NCBI GenBank assembly: GCA_963716985.1 | Contig: OY970323.1 | Location: 320,001-384,000 of the forward strand | Length of the DNA: 64,000 nucleotides | DNA from: an uncultured bacterium | GTDB taxonomy: Bacteria > Chlamydiota > Chlamydiia > Chlamydiales > SM23-39 | Direction of reading: 5' to 3' | In this document: positions 41,654 to 53,044 of the stretch, in pieces | Position numbering within the stretch: position 1 is the stretch's first letter | Layout of the letters: each line of letters starts with the position of its first letter | Position numbers and translations under genes: made by a program | Notes under the pieces: model-generated | Seen by the model: only the letters and a program-made list of their open reading frames with translations | Told to the model about the DNA's origin: nothing | Databases searched by the model: none

Positions 41654-42577
41654 GCACTTGCTTGTATGGGGGAAGATTCTTTCCCAAGTTTTTAAAATCT
41701 CATTCCAAAGGTGCTCCAAGCGCAGGAGGGCCCAGGTTCCTAAAGACACAAACCGGTTTAGTATATGGGCGAACATACGCCCCACCAGCTTCAAGATGGG
41801 CATTGCGACAAAAGAGATCGTTTTGGCGATTACTCTTACTACAGAGCTCGTAACTTTCCAAAGCGGCATGAGGAGATATTTCCCTAATGTTTTGCCGGTA
41901 ATGTACAATCCGCACCAGAGCAGTCGCAAAGGTGGAAACAGAATTTTTTCAAAAATCCATCCGGCAACGCGGGCGGTTTCCATGAAAAGACGAGATGCAT
42001 TGTTGAGTATTTTAAGAACCACTCGTGCGGTCACTCGAAGGACAGGCTTCATCATATAAGTCCAGCAGCGGTAGCAAATCCAATCGATGGGCTTTCGACA
42101 TTTCAAATAGGTCCATCGAATCGCTTTTCCCACAGCAATCAATGGGGGCATTGCAATATGTTTCCAGAGAGGAGCCGTCACATTATGGAAAACCCAGAGA
42201 CAAACAGTTTCCGTCTTTTTAGATAAAAAACTAAAGAATGCAGGAAAGGCTGCAATGATTCTTTTGGGAAGAGCCACTCCAAGGCCATAAATCGGAACGG
42301 CGCTTGCGACGAGAAGCTTTTCTCCGATCGTTTCAATGAGACTGCCCAATTTTGCTACAATGGGAACATTTGCCCAGCCGGCAAAGGCAGCGATCGAATA
42401 TCCTAAAAAGCAACCGGTTAATCCATAGAGCGCGAGGGTATAAAGCACTCCCAAAATCATCAGAACCAAAGCAGTAATCTTTTTTTGTGTGGTCGATGCA
42501 TGAAACACCATCTGCGCGTTGCCGATAATCAAATCTTTTGGGTTTTTTACAGCGATATCATAGAGAGCTCCCAGCAT
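41642..42577 (-). CDS. Hypothetical membrane protein with amphipathic W/P repeats, probably 5'-truncated
   Basis: Hydrophobic N-part; frame stays open upstream of the first ATG past 42680. Confidence 0.6.
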   Translation of the reverse strand: MLGALYDIAVKNPKDLIIGNAQMVFHASTTQKKITALVLMILGVLYTLALYGLTGCFLGYSIAAFAGWANVPIVAKLGSLIETIGEKLLVASAVPIYGLGVALPKRIIAAFPAFFSFLSKKTETVCLWVFHNVTAPLWKHIAMPPLIAVGKAIRWTYLKCRKPIDWICYRCWTYMMKPVLRVTARVVLKILNNASRLFMETARVAGWIFEKILFPPLRLLWCGLYITGKTLGKYLLMPLWKVTSSVVRVIAKTISFVAMPILKLVGRMFAHILNRFVSLGTWALLRLEHLWNEILKTWERIFPHTSKCLAD

Positions 42578-43300
42578 CGTTTTTCCAATGCGGGAAGGGA
42601 GATGTTCATCCTCATGAGATGACCAAGCATGGCTTGCTGTTTCAAGAGCAAGGGGATTGAAAAATATTTTTTCTTCTATTTCAAGAGATTCCTGAATATC
42701 TTCGAGCCCTGACCCAATTGCGAATCTTGGATTTATCCCACAACCAAATTGAAGAGATTCCTGACTTTTTTAGGGTCTTTGGCCAGTTGATGGAATTGGA
42801 TCTTTCTAATAATCGAATTGAAAAAATTTCCCCGGCCCTGAGCGCTCTGACCCAGTTGCGAGGCTTGGATCTTTCACACAATGAAATATCGGAGATCCCG
42901 GATTTTATAAGAAATCTTACTCTTTTGGAGCAGTTGTTTCTTGGGAACAATAGAATTCATGAGATTCCTCCGACTCTAACCCATCCTCAATTGAAAATCT
43001 TGGATTTGTCCGATAATTTCATTCAAGAAATTCCCGAATTTATAGGAGCGCTTACTCTTTTGGAACAACTGGGTCTTTCCAATAATCGAATGAAAAAAAT
43101 TTCCCCGGCCCTCGGCGCTTTGACCCGGTTGCGAATCTTGGATCTCTCAAGCAATGAAATATCAGAGATTCCGGATTTGGAAGGCCTTGCCCTTTTGGAA
43201 AGACTGGATCTGTCGAGCAATCGAATGAAAGACATTCCCGCCGCTATTCGCGCCTTTATCCATTTGCGAAGGTTGGGCCTTTCAAACAATGACATTGAAG

Positions 43301-45055
43301 GCAAGTGCTCAAAAAGTTGAGGTAAATACCTCATTCTTAGATCCTAAAAAAATATAAATCTTTTCTTTAATCGTTCGTCATCGTAAATTTACTTGCTTAT
43401 GCAGAATAACAATGACCTCATTCAACGAATTTTAGAGCAAAATACCCAGCTCGCTGAAGAAGATCGACGCCTAAGAGATCGCCTCGACATTGCTTTGAAC
43501 ACCATTTCATTTCAGCACGAAGAAATCCAACGACTAAAAGATGAGATTGCAATTCTCAAGGGACAAAAGCCCCGTCCAAAGATTCCTCCCAGCACTTTAG
43601 AGGGGCAACAAAGCAAAGATAAGCAAAACGACAAAAATAAACTCTCCAGGGGGATGCATCCTCGACGTAAAAAAACCAAAAAACTTGAGATACATACCAG
43701 AAGTCGCATTAAGCCCGAATCAGTTCCCGAAGGAGCTACCTTCAAAGGATGTCAGAAATTTACCGTACAGGACATCATTCTTCAGCCTTACAATACCATA
43801 TACGAACTCGAGCGATGGCAATTGCCTGATGGCACTTACTTAACAGGTAAATTGCCGCAAAATATCCAGGGACATTATGGCCCTCAATTGATCAGCTACG
43901 TTTTGCACCAATATTATGGCTGTCGTATTACAGAACCTCTGCTGTTTGCACAGTTGAAAGAAATTGGCGTATTGATCTCCGAAGGACAGTTGAGCAATAT
44001 TTTGATCCAAGGAAAGGAAGCCTTCCATCAGGAAAAGAACGAGCTATTGTCCGCGGGGATAGCAGCTACAGGACAAGTAAAAGTAGACGACACCGGCGCT
44101 CGCCACCGAGGGCATAATGGCTACTCGACGATCATAGGGAACGAATATTTTACCTACATTGTGTCGACAGAAAGCAAAAGTCGCATAAATTTTCTCAAGA
44201 TATTGCATGGGACGGCTCCTCGATATCTTATCAATGAAGACACTGCAGACTACATTGAGACCCTAAAACCCTCGAGTTGGTTAGGAGGATACCTCCTTTT
44301 GCAGGCCCGATATCGATCCATGAATCAAATAGAATGGGAGAAATTTTTACTCGCAATAAACATCAAGTCAGAAAGCGACATAAAACTTGTAACCGAGGCC
44401 GCCCTATTCGCGAGCCTGATAGAAAATGGCATACCAAGAGATCTTGGAGTGCATGGAGATGATGCAGGGCAATTCAATGTCTTCGTTCGATCTTTATGTT
44501 GGATCCATGAGGAGAGGCATTATCGAAAACTCATTCCCTTTGACGAAGCAACACGCAAAGCAATCGAGCAAGTCCGGGGAGAAATTTGGGATTTATACAA
44601 GGGGCTGCAGGAATACAAACTCGCGCCCTCTGAAAGCCTAAAATTGATTCTCGAGCAGAATTTTGACAATTTATTCTCAAAAAAGAAAACCATCAGTCCC
44701 ACCCTAAACAAACAGCTGGCAAAAACTTATGAAAAAAAGGACGAATTGCTCAGGGTATTAGAGAAACCAGACACCCCCCTTCACAATAATGGAACCGAAA
44801 CCGATGCTCGAGAGATGGTGGTTAAGCGGAAAGTATCCGGAGGGACTCGTAGTGAAGAAGGTCAAAAATGTCGAGATACTTTTGTAAGCCTAAAAAAGAC
44901 TTGCTGTAAGCTTGGAATCACTTTTTTCGGATATCTTGAAGACAGAATCAACGGGTTGTGTAAAATTCCCAGGTTGTCGCAAGTAATCGTGTCGCGAGCT
45001 CCCTCGCGGCTCAAAGAAACTTAAAGTTTTTTACCTCAGTTTTATGAGCACTTGC
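43301..45055 (+). mobile_element. IS66-family single-ORF IS, apparently intact
   Basis: TIR GCAAGTGCTCA(A/T)AAA..TGAGGTAAA; 8-bp TSD CATTGAAG (43293-43300, 45056-45063). Confidence 0.95.
43393..45024 (+). CDS. IS66-family transposase
   Basis: N-terminal coiled coil, VDDTG, DDAGQF, LCWIHEER, PLHNNGTETDAR. Confidence 0.92.
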   Translation: MLMQNNNDLIQRILEQNTQLAEEDRRLRDRLDIALNTISFQHEEIQRLKDEIAILKGQKPRPKIPPSTLEGQQSKDKQNDKNKLSRGMHPRRKKTKKLEIHTRSRIKPESVPEGATFKGCQKFTVQDIILQPYNTIYELERWQLPDGTYLTGKLPQNIQGHYGPQLISYVLHQYYGCRITEPLLFAQLKEIGVLISEGQLSNILIQGKEAFHQEKNELLSAGIAATGQVKVDDTGARHRGHNGYSTIIGNEYFTYIVSTESKSRINFLKILHGTAPRYLINEDTADYIETLKPSSWLGGYLLLQARYRSMNQIEWEKFLLAINIKSESDIKLVTEAALFASLIENGIPRDLGVHGDDAGQFNVFVRSLCWIHEERHYRKLIPFDEATRKAIEQVRGEIWDLYKGLQEYKLAPSESLKLILEQNFDNLFSKKKTISPTLNKQLAKTYEKKDELLRVLEKPDTPLHNNGTETDAREMVVKRKVSGGTRSEEGQKCRDTFVSLKKTCCKLGITFFGYLEDRINGLCKIPRLSQVIVSRAPSRLKET

Positions 45056-45498
45056 CATTGAAGTGATTCCTAATTTCATAAACAAACTTGCAGAGTTGGA
45101 AGAGCTCTTCCTGGAAGACAATTTCATCAGGGTGATTTCAGTTGAGATTTTCAAAAACTTTTCCGGAAAAATAAGGCTTCAAGGGAATCCTCTTTTCCCC
45201 TTTATCCTGATGCAAACCGATGAGTCCCCAACACCTTCTTTGCAGCACCTCCTCTTGTTTCCGAAGCGTTTTTATTCTGGTGATTGAGTCATAACCGGAG
45301 CTTTTCGAGGTTTTCGATCTCCTTCGTAAACAATTATTTTTACGATGAGCCGTCTCGGGTGTTTCCTAATTAAAGTCTTATCGTTTTATGTCTTAGGCGT
45401 GTGTTTTTGTTTTTTTGATTTTGGAAGAATACCTTCGGAATGAGTTTGTTTTTATTAAAAGATGGGGTAAAATTTTCCTAAATTCATTGAAAATGTTT

Positions 45499-46818
45499 AT
45501 GAACTATCCAAAGCTTGCTTTAGTCGGACGGCCCAATGTGGGCAAGTCCGCCCTTTTCAATCGCATCTGTCAAAAAAGACTTGCGATTGTTGATGCAGAG
45601 GAGGGAGTGACCCGTGATCGCGCCTATGCGATGGCAGAGCTTTTTGGAAAAAATTTTCTTGTTGTCGATACCGGGGGAATCGACCCCTTATTGCAAGGGC
45701 CTTTTTCTCAAGAGGTAAGAGAGCAGAGCGAAAGGGCAATCCAAGAGGCGGATCGCGTTGTTTTGGTTGTCGACGGAAGCGTGGGGCTGACGGATCTGGA
45801 TCGAAAAATTGCCGAGCATCTGTCTGAGATGAACAAGTCCTTCGTGGTTGCGGTGAACAAGGTGGATACCATGCAAGACGAGGCGTTTATCCATCCCTTT
45901 TATGCCCTTGGAGGAAAAAAAATTTTTGGAGTATCGGCGCTCCACGGCTTGCAAGTGGTCGAGCTTTTGGAATGCGCTTTCGAGGGCATCGAGTGGCCTG
46001 CGGAAGCAGAGGAAAAAGAGACAAATAGCGCCACGCGTATTGCCATTGTCGGACGGCCGAATGTGGGCAAATCTACTCTTTTGAACTATCTGGTCGGAGA
46101 AGAGCGCACCATTGTCAGCGAAGTGGCCGGAACGACAAGGGACTCGATCGATGTGGAACTCACCGTCGGAGAAAAACGCTATCAGCTTATCGATACTGCC
46201 GGCATTCGTAAGAGAAACAAGTATACGTCTACGATCGAAAAATTTGCCGACCTGCGCACGAAAGAGGCCATCGAACGATCCGATATCTGCATTCTACTTT
46301 TAGATGTTCGCGAAGGCATGACGACGGAGGACAAGAAGATCGCCTCTTGGATTGAAGAAAAGGGCAAGGGATGCATTCTTCTGCTCAACAAGTGGGATCT
46401 TGTCCAAGGATATCGGATGGAAACCTGTGCCAAGGAGTTTCAGCGGGAAGTTCCCTTTTTTCAGCACTGTCCGCTTTTGTTTGTCTCTGCAAAAACGGGA
46501 AGAAATTTGAAAGATCTTTTCTCCCCTATCGAAAAGGTGGAACAATCGCTCAAAACTTCGATCGGCACCTCCGAACTGAACCGCTTTGTAGAAAAATGTT
46601 TGCAAAACTGCCATCCGCCTGCGATCGGGGGGAAGCGTCTTCGCATCTACTATTTGACGCAGGTGGCAAACTCGCCACCCTCGTTTGTTCTTTTTGTGAA
46701 CTATCCGAATCTCTTGACAGAAAGTTATAAAAAATATCTGATCAATAACTTTCGTAAGAGTTTTTCCTTTGTCGGAGTTCCCATTTTTTTCTTCGTCCGA
46801 GGAAAAAAAACAACGTGA
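45499..46818 (+). CDS. der: Ribosome biogenesis GTPase Der
   Basis: Two GRPNVGKS G-domains, DTGG/DTAG, NKVD/NKWD. Confidence 0.98.
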   Translation: MNYPKLALVGRPNVGKSALFNRICQKRLAIVDAEEGVTRDRAYAMAELFGKNFLVVDTGGIDPLLQGPFSQEVREQSERAIQEADRVVLVVDGSVGLTDLDRKIAEHLSEMNKSFVVAVNKVDTMQDEAFIHPFYALGGKKIFGVSALHGLQVVELLECAFEGIEWPAEAEEKETNSATRIAIVGRPNVGKSTLLNYLVGEERTIVSEVAGTTRDSIDVELTVGEKRYQLIDTAGIRKRNKYTSTIEKFADLRTKEAIERSDICILLLDVREGMTTEDKKIASWIEEKGKGCILLLNKWDLVQGYRMETCAKEFQREVPFFQHCPLLFVSAKTGRNLKDLFSPIEKVEQSLKTSIGTSELNRFVEKCLQNCHPPAIGGKRLRIYYLTQVANSPPSFVLFVNYPNLLTESYKKYLINNFRKSFSFVGVPIFFFVRGKKTT

Positions 46819-46873
46819 ATATTTGCTTTTTTGCTTACGTCTGACTATAAGCTAGGGATGAGGGGGATGAGGC

Positions 46874-48661
46874 ATGAAGGGATGGAAAGAGGTTTTTTTT
46901 CGTCTGATTCCCAAAGATCTTTTTGCATCCAGCTTTTTGACCGATCTTAAAAGTTATGATCTTCCCACTTTTAAAAGTGATTTTTTTGCGGCGCTAGCCG
47001 TTGCTCTTTTGACCATTCCTCAATCCATTGCCTACTCCCTTTTGGCGGGCTTGCCTCCGAGCGCAGGTCTTTTTTCTGCGATTTTCGGAACGATTTTTAC
47101 CGGGGCTTTGGGCTCTTCCAAACATCTGGTCTCCGGACCTTCGACCGGTGTGGCTATTTTGATTCAGTCGGTGATCAGCGATACCATGGCGACTCTTTAT
47201 CCGTCTGTTTTGGGAGACGAAAGGGATTTTCTCGTGCTCTCGATTTTGACCCATATCGTTTTGATGATGGGAATCGTGCAGCTTTTGTTTGCTTTCTTTC
47301 ACTTGGGAAAAATGCTGCAGTTTGTGTCTCATTCCGTTGTGCTGGGCTATTTTTCGGGTGTGGTGGCCGCCGTTTTTGTCAACCAGATGTACTACTTTAC
47401 GGGTATATCTTCTCCCGAGGGTGTGCACAACGTGCTCTCCAAGGCGTTTTATCTGCTCAGTCAGCTTTTTTTCCTCCATTGGGAGGTATTGTTTTTTGGT
47501 GTTTTGAGCTTGGGTTTGCTCCTTGTTTTGGAAAAACGTTTCCGCAAACTGCCCTGTCCTCTGGTCATGCTCTTGGCCATCGGGATATTGGCAACGCTTT
47601 TCAATGAACTCTTTTCTCACTGGATGCAAACAAAAGCGTTTCACGTAACCAATCTCGGAGATTTGGGATTTTCTAAAGCTCCTCGCATATTGATCCATCT
47701 GCCCTCGTTGAACTGGAGTTTGATCAATCAACTCTTTCTGCCCAGCTTGGCCATTGCCCTTCTTTCGATTTTAGAGGTCTTTTCCGTATCCAGGGGCCTT
47801 GCTTCCAAAAGCGGACAGCAGGTGCATGCGAATCAAGAGGTCTTTTCGGTTGGGTGCAGCAATACTTGCCTTTCCTTTCTTGCGGGGGCTATGCCGGCGT
47901 CTGGAAGCGTTTCGAGAAGCACGTTAAATTTTATCAGCGGGGGAAAAACACGCATCGCCTCAATTATGAGCGCTTTGATCACGATCGTTTTCGTCTTTTT
48001 AGCGTGGCCGCTTGTCAAGCATATTGCCGTTTGTTCTTTGGCGGCCCTGGTCATTTTTATTGCCCCTTCCGTTGTCGACCTGCGGCAGGTAAAGCTCTCC
48101 TTTCGTGCAACGAGAGGGGATGGTTTTGTTTTTGTCTTTACGATGCTGAGCTGTCTGATTTTTAGCTTGGAGGTTGCTTTTTTCTTAGGCATCGTCATTT
48201 CCATTGCTTCTTTCTTGAGAAAAGTTGCAACCCCTCTTCTCGTAGAATATGCGTTCAACTCCTCGGGCCGCTTGATGATCATCGATACGGGCAAGGTGCA
48301 TCGCAAGATTCGCATCATCGGCGTTGGAGGAGAGCTCTTTTTTGCCGCCGTTGAACTGTTTCAACATGCGATGCAAGAGGTAGCGGAAGATCCTTTTGTC
48401 GAAGCGATCGTGCTTCGTCTGAACGGAGTGCACTATATGGATGCTTCTATGTGTTTTGCGCTGATGCGTTTGGAAGAGTTTCTCAAAACGACCAAACGCC
48501 ATCTGATCATTTCCGGCATCGCTCAGGAAGTTTGGGAGACGCTGCGACGGGCCGGGCTAATCGAACAGATAGGCAAAGACAATGTTTTTCTTACCAATGA
48601 AACCGATCCGCAGCTTTCTACCTGGAAAGCCTGGATGCGGGCAGAAGAAGTGCTTTCTTAG
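46874..48661 (+). CDS. SulP-family anion transporter with STAS domain
   Basis: IPQSIAYSLLAGLPP, SGSVSRS, ELFFAA...YMDAS. Confidence 0.95.
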   Translation: MKGWKEVFFRLIPKDLFASSFLTDLKSYDLPTFKSDFFAALAVALLTIPQSIAYSLLAGLPPSAGLFSAIFGTIFTGALGSSKHLVSGPSTGVAILIQSVISDTMATLYPSVLGDERDFLVLSILTHIVLMMGIVQLLFAFFHLGKMLQFVSHSVVLGYFSGVVAAVFVNQMYYFTGISSPEGVHNVLSKAFYLLSQLFFLHWEVLFFGVLSLGLLLVLEKRFRKLPCPLVMLLAIGILATLFNELFSHWMQTKAFHVTNLGDLGFSKAPRILIHLPSLNWSLINQLFLPSLAIALLSILEVFSVSRGLASKSGQQVHANQEVFSVGCSNTCLSFLAGAMPASGSVSRSTLNFISGGKTRIASIMSALITIVFVFLAWPLVKHIAVCSLAALVIFIAPSVVDLRQVKLSFRATRGDGFVFVFTMLSCLIFSLEVAFFLGIVISIASFLRKVATPLLVEYAFNSSGRLMIIDTGKVHRKIRIIGVGGELFFAAVELFQHAMQEVAEDPFVEAIVLRLNGVHYMDASMCFALMRLEEFLKTTKRHLIISGIAQEVWETLRRAGLIEQIGKDNVFLTNETDPQLSTWKAWMRAEEVLS

Positions 48662-48850
48662 TTGTTGTCGGCAACTTCTTTAAGACTTGCTTTCAAATTC
48701 TCCTCTGTTGCCCCAACCTTTTATCTTCGGGGGGATATTGTAACTTTGGAGAAATAGGGACATTATCACTTTGGATTTACACCAAAAAAAATTCATTGAC
48801 AGAAAGAGGATTGCGATTAAAACTTCATCCCTCTCATGATTAAGGAAGGT

Positions 48851-51028
48851 TTTATGACAGCATCGTCGATAAAACAACCCTTTAGATATTCGAATGCCAC
48901 CGACCTGGCTGCCCAAATCTCTACGCTTGATGGCTTTAAAAAACTCAGAACGCATCAACCCCATGTGAGCCGAAAAAGCGTCCAATGGTCAACCCAGTTA
49001 CATGCTCTATGTGAACGAGTGGATCTACTGTCCGAGAAAATTGCTGATGGCGAACGCGTCTCTCAAGAACTTTTGCAAAGGGTAGATCGAAGAATTGATA
49101 AATTGGCAAGCGAGCAGTGCACTCGAGAAACTCATCAAATAATTGTCCGAGCGCAACAATCTGTCCGAAACATTCTTTCGGTCAATAATACCTTCGCCCA
49201 TTCACCAAAAACAACGCCCTTTGTTCCGGAGTCTGTCATTCCTGCTTTTCGACCAGGTTGGAAAAGCTGGCTTATGCAAGGACTGTACTTCCAGGGTGCT
49301 CTGGGTTTGGGAATGTCACCACAAACCTCTTCAACAACGTCTGCTTTATGCAATGTAACTCATTGTACACCTACTGATCGCGCCTTAACATATGCAGAGA
49401 TAGGAGGGAGGGCAGCACAAAGCGCACAACTCCTCCCATCTCTTTCCTTGACAACAGAGCATAAGCCACTTTGTGCAAGTACCGGTAAACAATCTGAGCC
49501 ACCCGCAGAAAGATGGTCTTTCCAGCCTGTTTACGATTTTTTTAATTGGCTGCGGGGATCTTCCACGCCCAGAAATAGAAACTGCTTGACACCCGATTGC
49601 CCCGACCTAGACAAAGATAAATTAGAAGAAAGAGAAAAAGAATTAGTCGAATCGGTTTTTTTTCCAATAATGCGTGTAAGAATTCAATTGGGGACTACCT
49701 CGCTTTTCGACAGGTTGAATTTTCAAAAAACGCAAGAATGGTTGCGGTTTCGAAGAGATGATCCTCGTGATAAATTACTTGTTGCTGTTTCTGTTTCTGA
49801 TGGGGCTGGAGTTTCTGATCCAAAAAATTCCTATCAAATATTCCGGCCATTAAACGAAATGTATGACATAAAATATGTTGTCATCAAAAGTCTTGAAGAA
49901 CTTTGTAGTGAAATTCAGCAAGCAACAAAAACCGGAAAGCTTGCTCATGTTCTTATTGAATCACATGGAAACCCAGAAGCTATCACGATTTATGAAGGAA
50001 CAAATCAAATCAACCGTTGGTCATTCAGTCGTGGGTCAAGGTTTTCGGATTGTTTTTCTGGCATGGAACCAGCGGGCAAAATACTGCTTATTAGCTGCAG
50101 CACAGGAAAACCGCAAAATGGTAATCCTTTTGACAACATTGCCACATCCATAGCGGACGATACAAAAAAAACAGTCATTGCTCCAACAGATGATGTGTAT
50201 CCCTCTCTCACTACTATTTCATCGGAAAGTCCGCTAAATTTGCACCATGAACATATTCCAAACTGGCGCCAATTCAAATTTGTATCTACTAATTTTAGAG
50301 CTTTCTTTTCTCGATATCCTTCCTGCGATGGCTTATCAGAAAATAGGCTTCATCCTCGAGAGCAATTAGCCATCCGATCCATTCAAGACGAGCTTATTAG
50401 AAAGGGTTTTTTGCATGAGACTCCTTCGTTTCAAGAAATGCAGGATTATCTACGTCTATGCAAAGATGATCCCAAGAAGAAATTTCTTTACCTTCAGGCG
50501 CAAGAAGATCCGACTGGATTTTTGAATCCCAGCCATTTTTCATCCTTGTTGGTCGATATTGCTGACAAATTCGATCTAAAGTTTAAAGTCATCCAACAAG
50601 ATAAAGAAATTTGCGATGAAGTAAAGCTTGCCATTGATAGTGGAAATTTAGCTGCCGTTTTGATTCAGGCCCATGGAAAACCAAATCAACTGAACATAAC
50701 AGCCACACCTTTTAGCTGGCTACAAAGAACTTATGAGATGTTTTTTGGGGGAACTGGAATTTTTCCGGACTGTCTTGCAAGAATCCCATCTTCAGCTCGC
50801 ATTATTCTTTTAGCCGAATCCACCGGAGCCGACCCAACCGAAGAGTTTGATGAGAACCTAGCAACAAAAATTGCACGCAAAATACAACGGACCGTAATTG
50901 CTCCAACAAAACCTATCCATATAGATAAAGTTTCTTTAAAATCATGCAGCCCAGTGGAAGTACATCATCCAACCTCTGGAGTTATATTTGATTCGAGTGG
51001 AAACGTTTTTAAACAATTTGATCCCTGA
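48851..51028 (+). CDS. Hypothetical protein with two tandem caspase-like/clan CD His-Cys domains
   Basis: LIESHG...ILLISCSTG...VIAP repeated as LIQAHG...IILLAESTG...VIAP; RBS GGAAGG before the ATG. Confidence 0.65.
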   Translation, partial: FMTASSIKQPFRYSNATDLAAQISTLDGFKKLRTHQPHVSRKSVQWSTQLHALCERVDLLSEKIADGERVSQELLQRVDRRIDKLASEQCTRETHQIIVRAQQSVRNILSVNNTFAHSPKTTPFVPESVIPAFRPGWKSWLMQGLYFQGALGLGMSPQTSSTTSALCNVTHCTPTDRALTYAEIGGRAAQSAQLLPSLSLTTEHKPLCASTGKQSEPPAERWSFQPVYDFFNWLRGSSTPRNRNCLTPDCPDLDKDKLEEREKELVESVFFPIMRVRIQLGTTSLFDRLNFQKTQEWLRFRRDDPRDKLLVAVSVSDGAGVSDPKNSYQIFRPLNEMYDIKYVVIKSLEELCSEIQQATKTGKLAHVLIESHGNPEAITIYEGTNQINRWSFSRGSRFSDCFSGMEPAGKILLISCSTGKPQNGNPFDNIATSIADDTKKTVIAPTDDVYPSLTTISSESPLNLHHEHIPNWRQFKFVSTNFRAFFSRYPSCDGLSENRLHPREQLAIRSIQDELIRKGFLHETPSFQEMQDYLRLCKDDPKKKFLYLQAQEDPTGFLNPSHFSSLLVDIADKFDLKFKVIQQDKEICDEVKLAIDSGNLAAVLIQAHGKPNQLNITATPFSWLQRTYEMFFGGTGIFPDCLARIPSSARIILLAESTGADPTEEFDENLATKIARKIQRTVIAPTKPIHIDKVSLKSCSPVEVHHPTSGVIFDSSGNVFKQFDP

Positions 51029-51042
51029 AGGAGAAAAACAAA

Positions 51043-51444
51043 ATGACAATCCGAAGCATTTCTACCCTTATCGGCAGTCGCATAAGCGAGAATTTTTCCA
51101 AAAACAAAGAAGAAATTTTATTCAAAGCTCTGGTCACAACAGTGTGCATCATTGCTCTTAGTATTTTAGCTAGTCTTGCGGCCGCACTAACAGGAATTGC
51201 CATTGGAATGCTTTCAGCACTTGCCGTTTTTTGTACTGCTTCAGTAATTACCCACTTATTACAAGACAACCGAAGCTTTATTCAAAGAGCGGTCACTGGA
51301 GTAAAAATGCATATTCAAACACACTCCTATTTCTATTCTGCGATTGCTTGTTTATTCGTAGCTTGCGAAGCCAAAATAATTTACGAGAAGACGGGCGCTT
51401 CCCATTTTCTGGGTAGTCGCATAATCTATAAAAAATTTCTTTAA
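51043..51444 (+). CDS. Hypothetical Inc-like membrane protein
   Basis: RBS GGAG; bilobed hydrophobic segment of about 45 aa. Confidence 0.7.
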   Translation: MTIRSISTLIGSRISENFSKNKEEILFKALVTTVCIIALSILASLAAALTGIAIGMLSALAVFCTASVITHLLQDNRSFIQRAVTGVKMHIQTHSYFYSAIACLFVACEAKIIYEKTGASHFLGSRIIYKKFL

Positions 51445-51461
51445 AAAAGTGCTTAAAGATT

Positions 51462-51549
51462 GGAGGAACTGGAATTTTTCCGAACTGTCTTGCAAGGGTC
51501 CCATCTTCTGCTCGCATTATTCTTTTAGGCGGATCTACCGGAGCTGACC
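51462..51549 (+). repeat. Fragment duplicating about 50747-50834 of the upstream gene
   Basis: GGAACTGGAATTTTTCCG.ACTGTCTTGCAAG..TCCCATCTTC.GCTCGCATTATTCTTTTAG. Confidence 0.85.
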
Positions 51550-51759
51550 TCACCCTAAACAAACAAGAAGCAAAATCGATGCTTGCTTACGTGCATGGAG
51601 CTATACGGCCGGAGTTTCTCCTATAAAAACCGGACCATTAACTTGCTCGTTTTTGTTCTCTCAAAAATTCTCATGGCGAGAGCATTTTTAAAAAAAATTC
51701 ATTGACAGAAAGACGATTGCGATTAAAACTTCATCCCTCTCATGATTAAGGAAGGTTTT

Positions 51760-52729
51760 ATGACAGCATCGTCGATAGAACAACCTTTTAGATATTCGAA
51801 TGCCACTGACTTGGCTGTTCAAATCTCTACGCTTGATGGCTTTAAAAAACTCAGAGCGCATCAACCCCATGTGAGCCGAAAAAGCATCCAATGGTCAACC
51901 CAATTACGTGCTCTATGTGAAGGAGTGGATCTACTGTCCGAGAAAATTGCTGATGGTGAACGCGTCCCTCAAGAACTTTTGCAACGGGTAGATCGAAGAA
52001 TTGATCAGTTGGCAAGCAAGCAGTGCACTCGAGAAGATCATCAAAAAATTGTCCGAGCGCAACGATCTGTCAGTAACATTCTTTCAGTCAATAAAACCCT
52101 CGCCTATTCACCAAAAACAACGCCCTTTGTTTCGGAACCTGCCATCCCTGCTTTTCGGCCAGGTTGGAAAAGCTGGCTTATGCAAGGACTTTACTTCCAA
52201 GGTGCTCTGGGTTTGGGCATGTCACCACAAATCTCTCCAACAACGTCTGCTTTATGCAATGTGACTCATTGTACACCTGCCGATCGATCCCTAACACATG
52301 CAGAGATGGTAGGGAGTGCAGTACAAAGGGCACAAATCCTCCCATCTCTTTCCTTGACAACAGAGCACAAGCCACTTTGCGCAAGTACCGGTAAACAATC
52401 AGAGCCACCCGCAAGAAGAGGGCCTTTCCAGCCTGTTTACGATTTTTTTAATTGGCTGCGGGGATCTCCCACACCTAGAAATAGGAATTGCTTGACACCC
52501 GATTGCCCCGACCTAGACAAAGATAAACTAGTAGAAAGAGAAAAAGAATTATTAGAAGAAAGAGAAAAAAAATTAGCCAAAGCCGAATCGTTTTTTTTCC
52601 AAAAAATCTTCAGAAAAATTCAATTGTGGTCTACCTCGCTTTTCGACAGTTCGAGTTTTCAAAAAACACAAGAGAGTTTTCAAGAGACACAAGAATGGTT
52701 GCGATTTCGAAAAGATGACCCTCGTGATA
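51760..52729 (+). pseudogene. Paralog of 48851, truncated by IS3 before the protease-like domains
   Basis: Near-identical promoter and N-terminal half up to DDPRD. Confidence 0.9.
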
Positions 52730-53044
52730 TGAGGTGGTTGGCCGAGGTTGGACACGTTTTGACGAAAACTAAGTTAAACTTTCTGCCCCATTCTCTTTCC
52801 TTGGTTTCTAACTGAGCATCCAAGGACTGCTCGAGTCTAAAATATCCTTCTCTATTTTTCAACCTGTTTTTTCTTTTATTCTCACTCATGCCGGTAGGCT
52901 GGGGGAGTTTGAGGGGGCTTCCCCCTCATAAAAACTTAAAAACAAGTCTCCCAAGTCCAACCGTAGGGCGGAAGCAGGGGTCTGGGGGCAGCGCCCCCGA
53001 CAAGCTTTTGCAAAACAATCCTGTACTCTTTTGCTCCCAATTTC

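Larger units (their letters stand above)
42682..45287 (+). pseudogene. Leucine-rich repeat protein, 5'-truncated and interrupted by IS66
   Basis: About 23-aa LxxLDLSxNxIxEIP repeats; removing the IS and one TSD restores ...LSNNDIE-VIPNFINKL... Confidence 0.9.
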
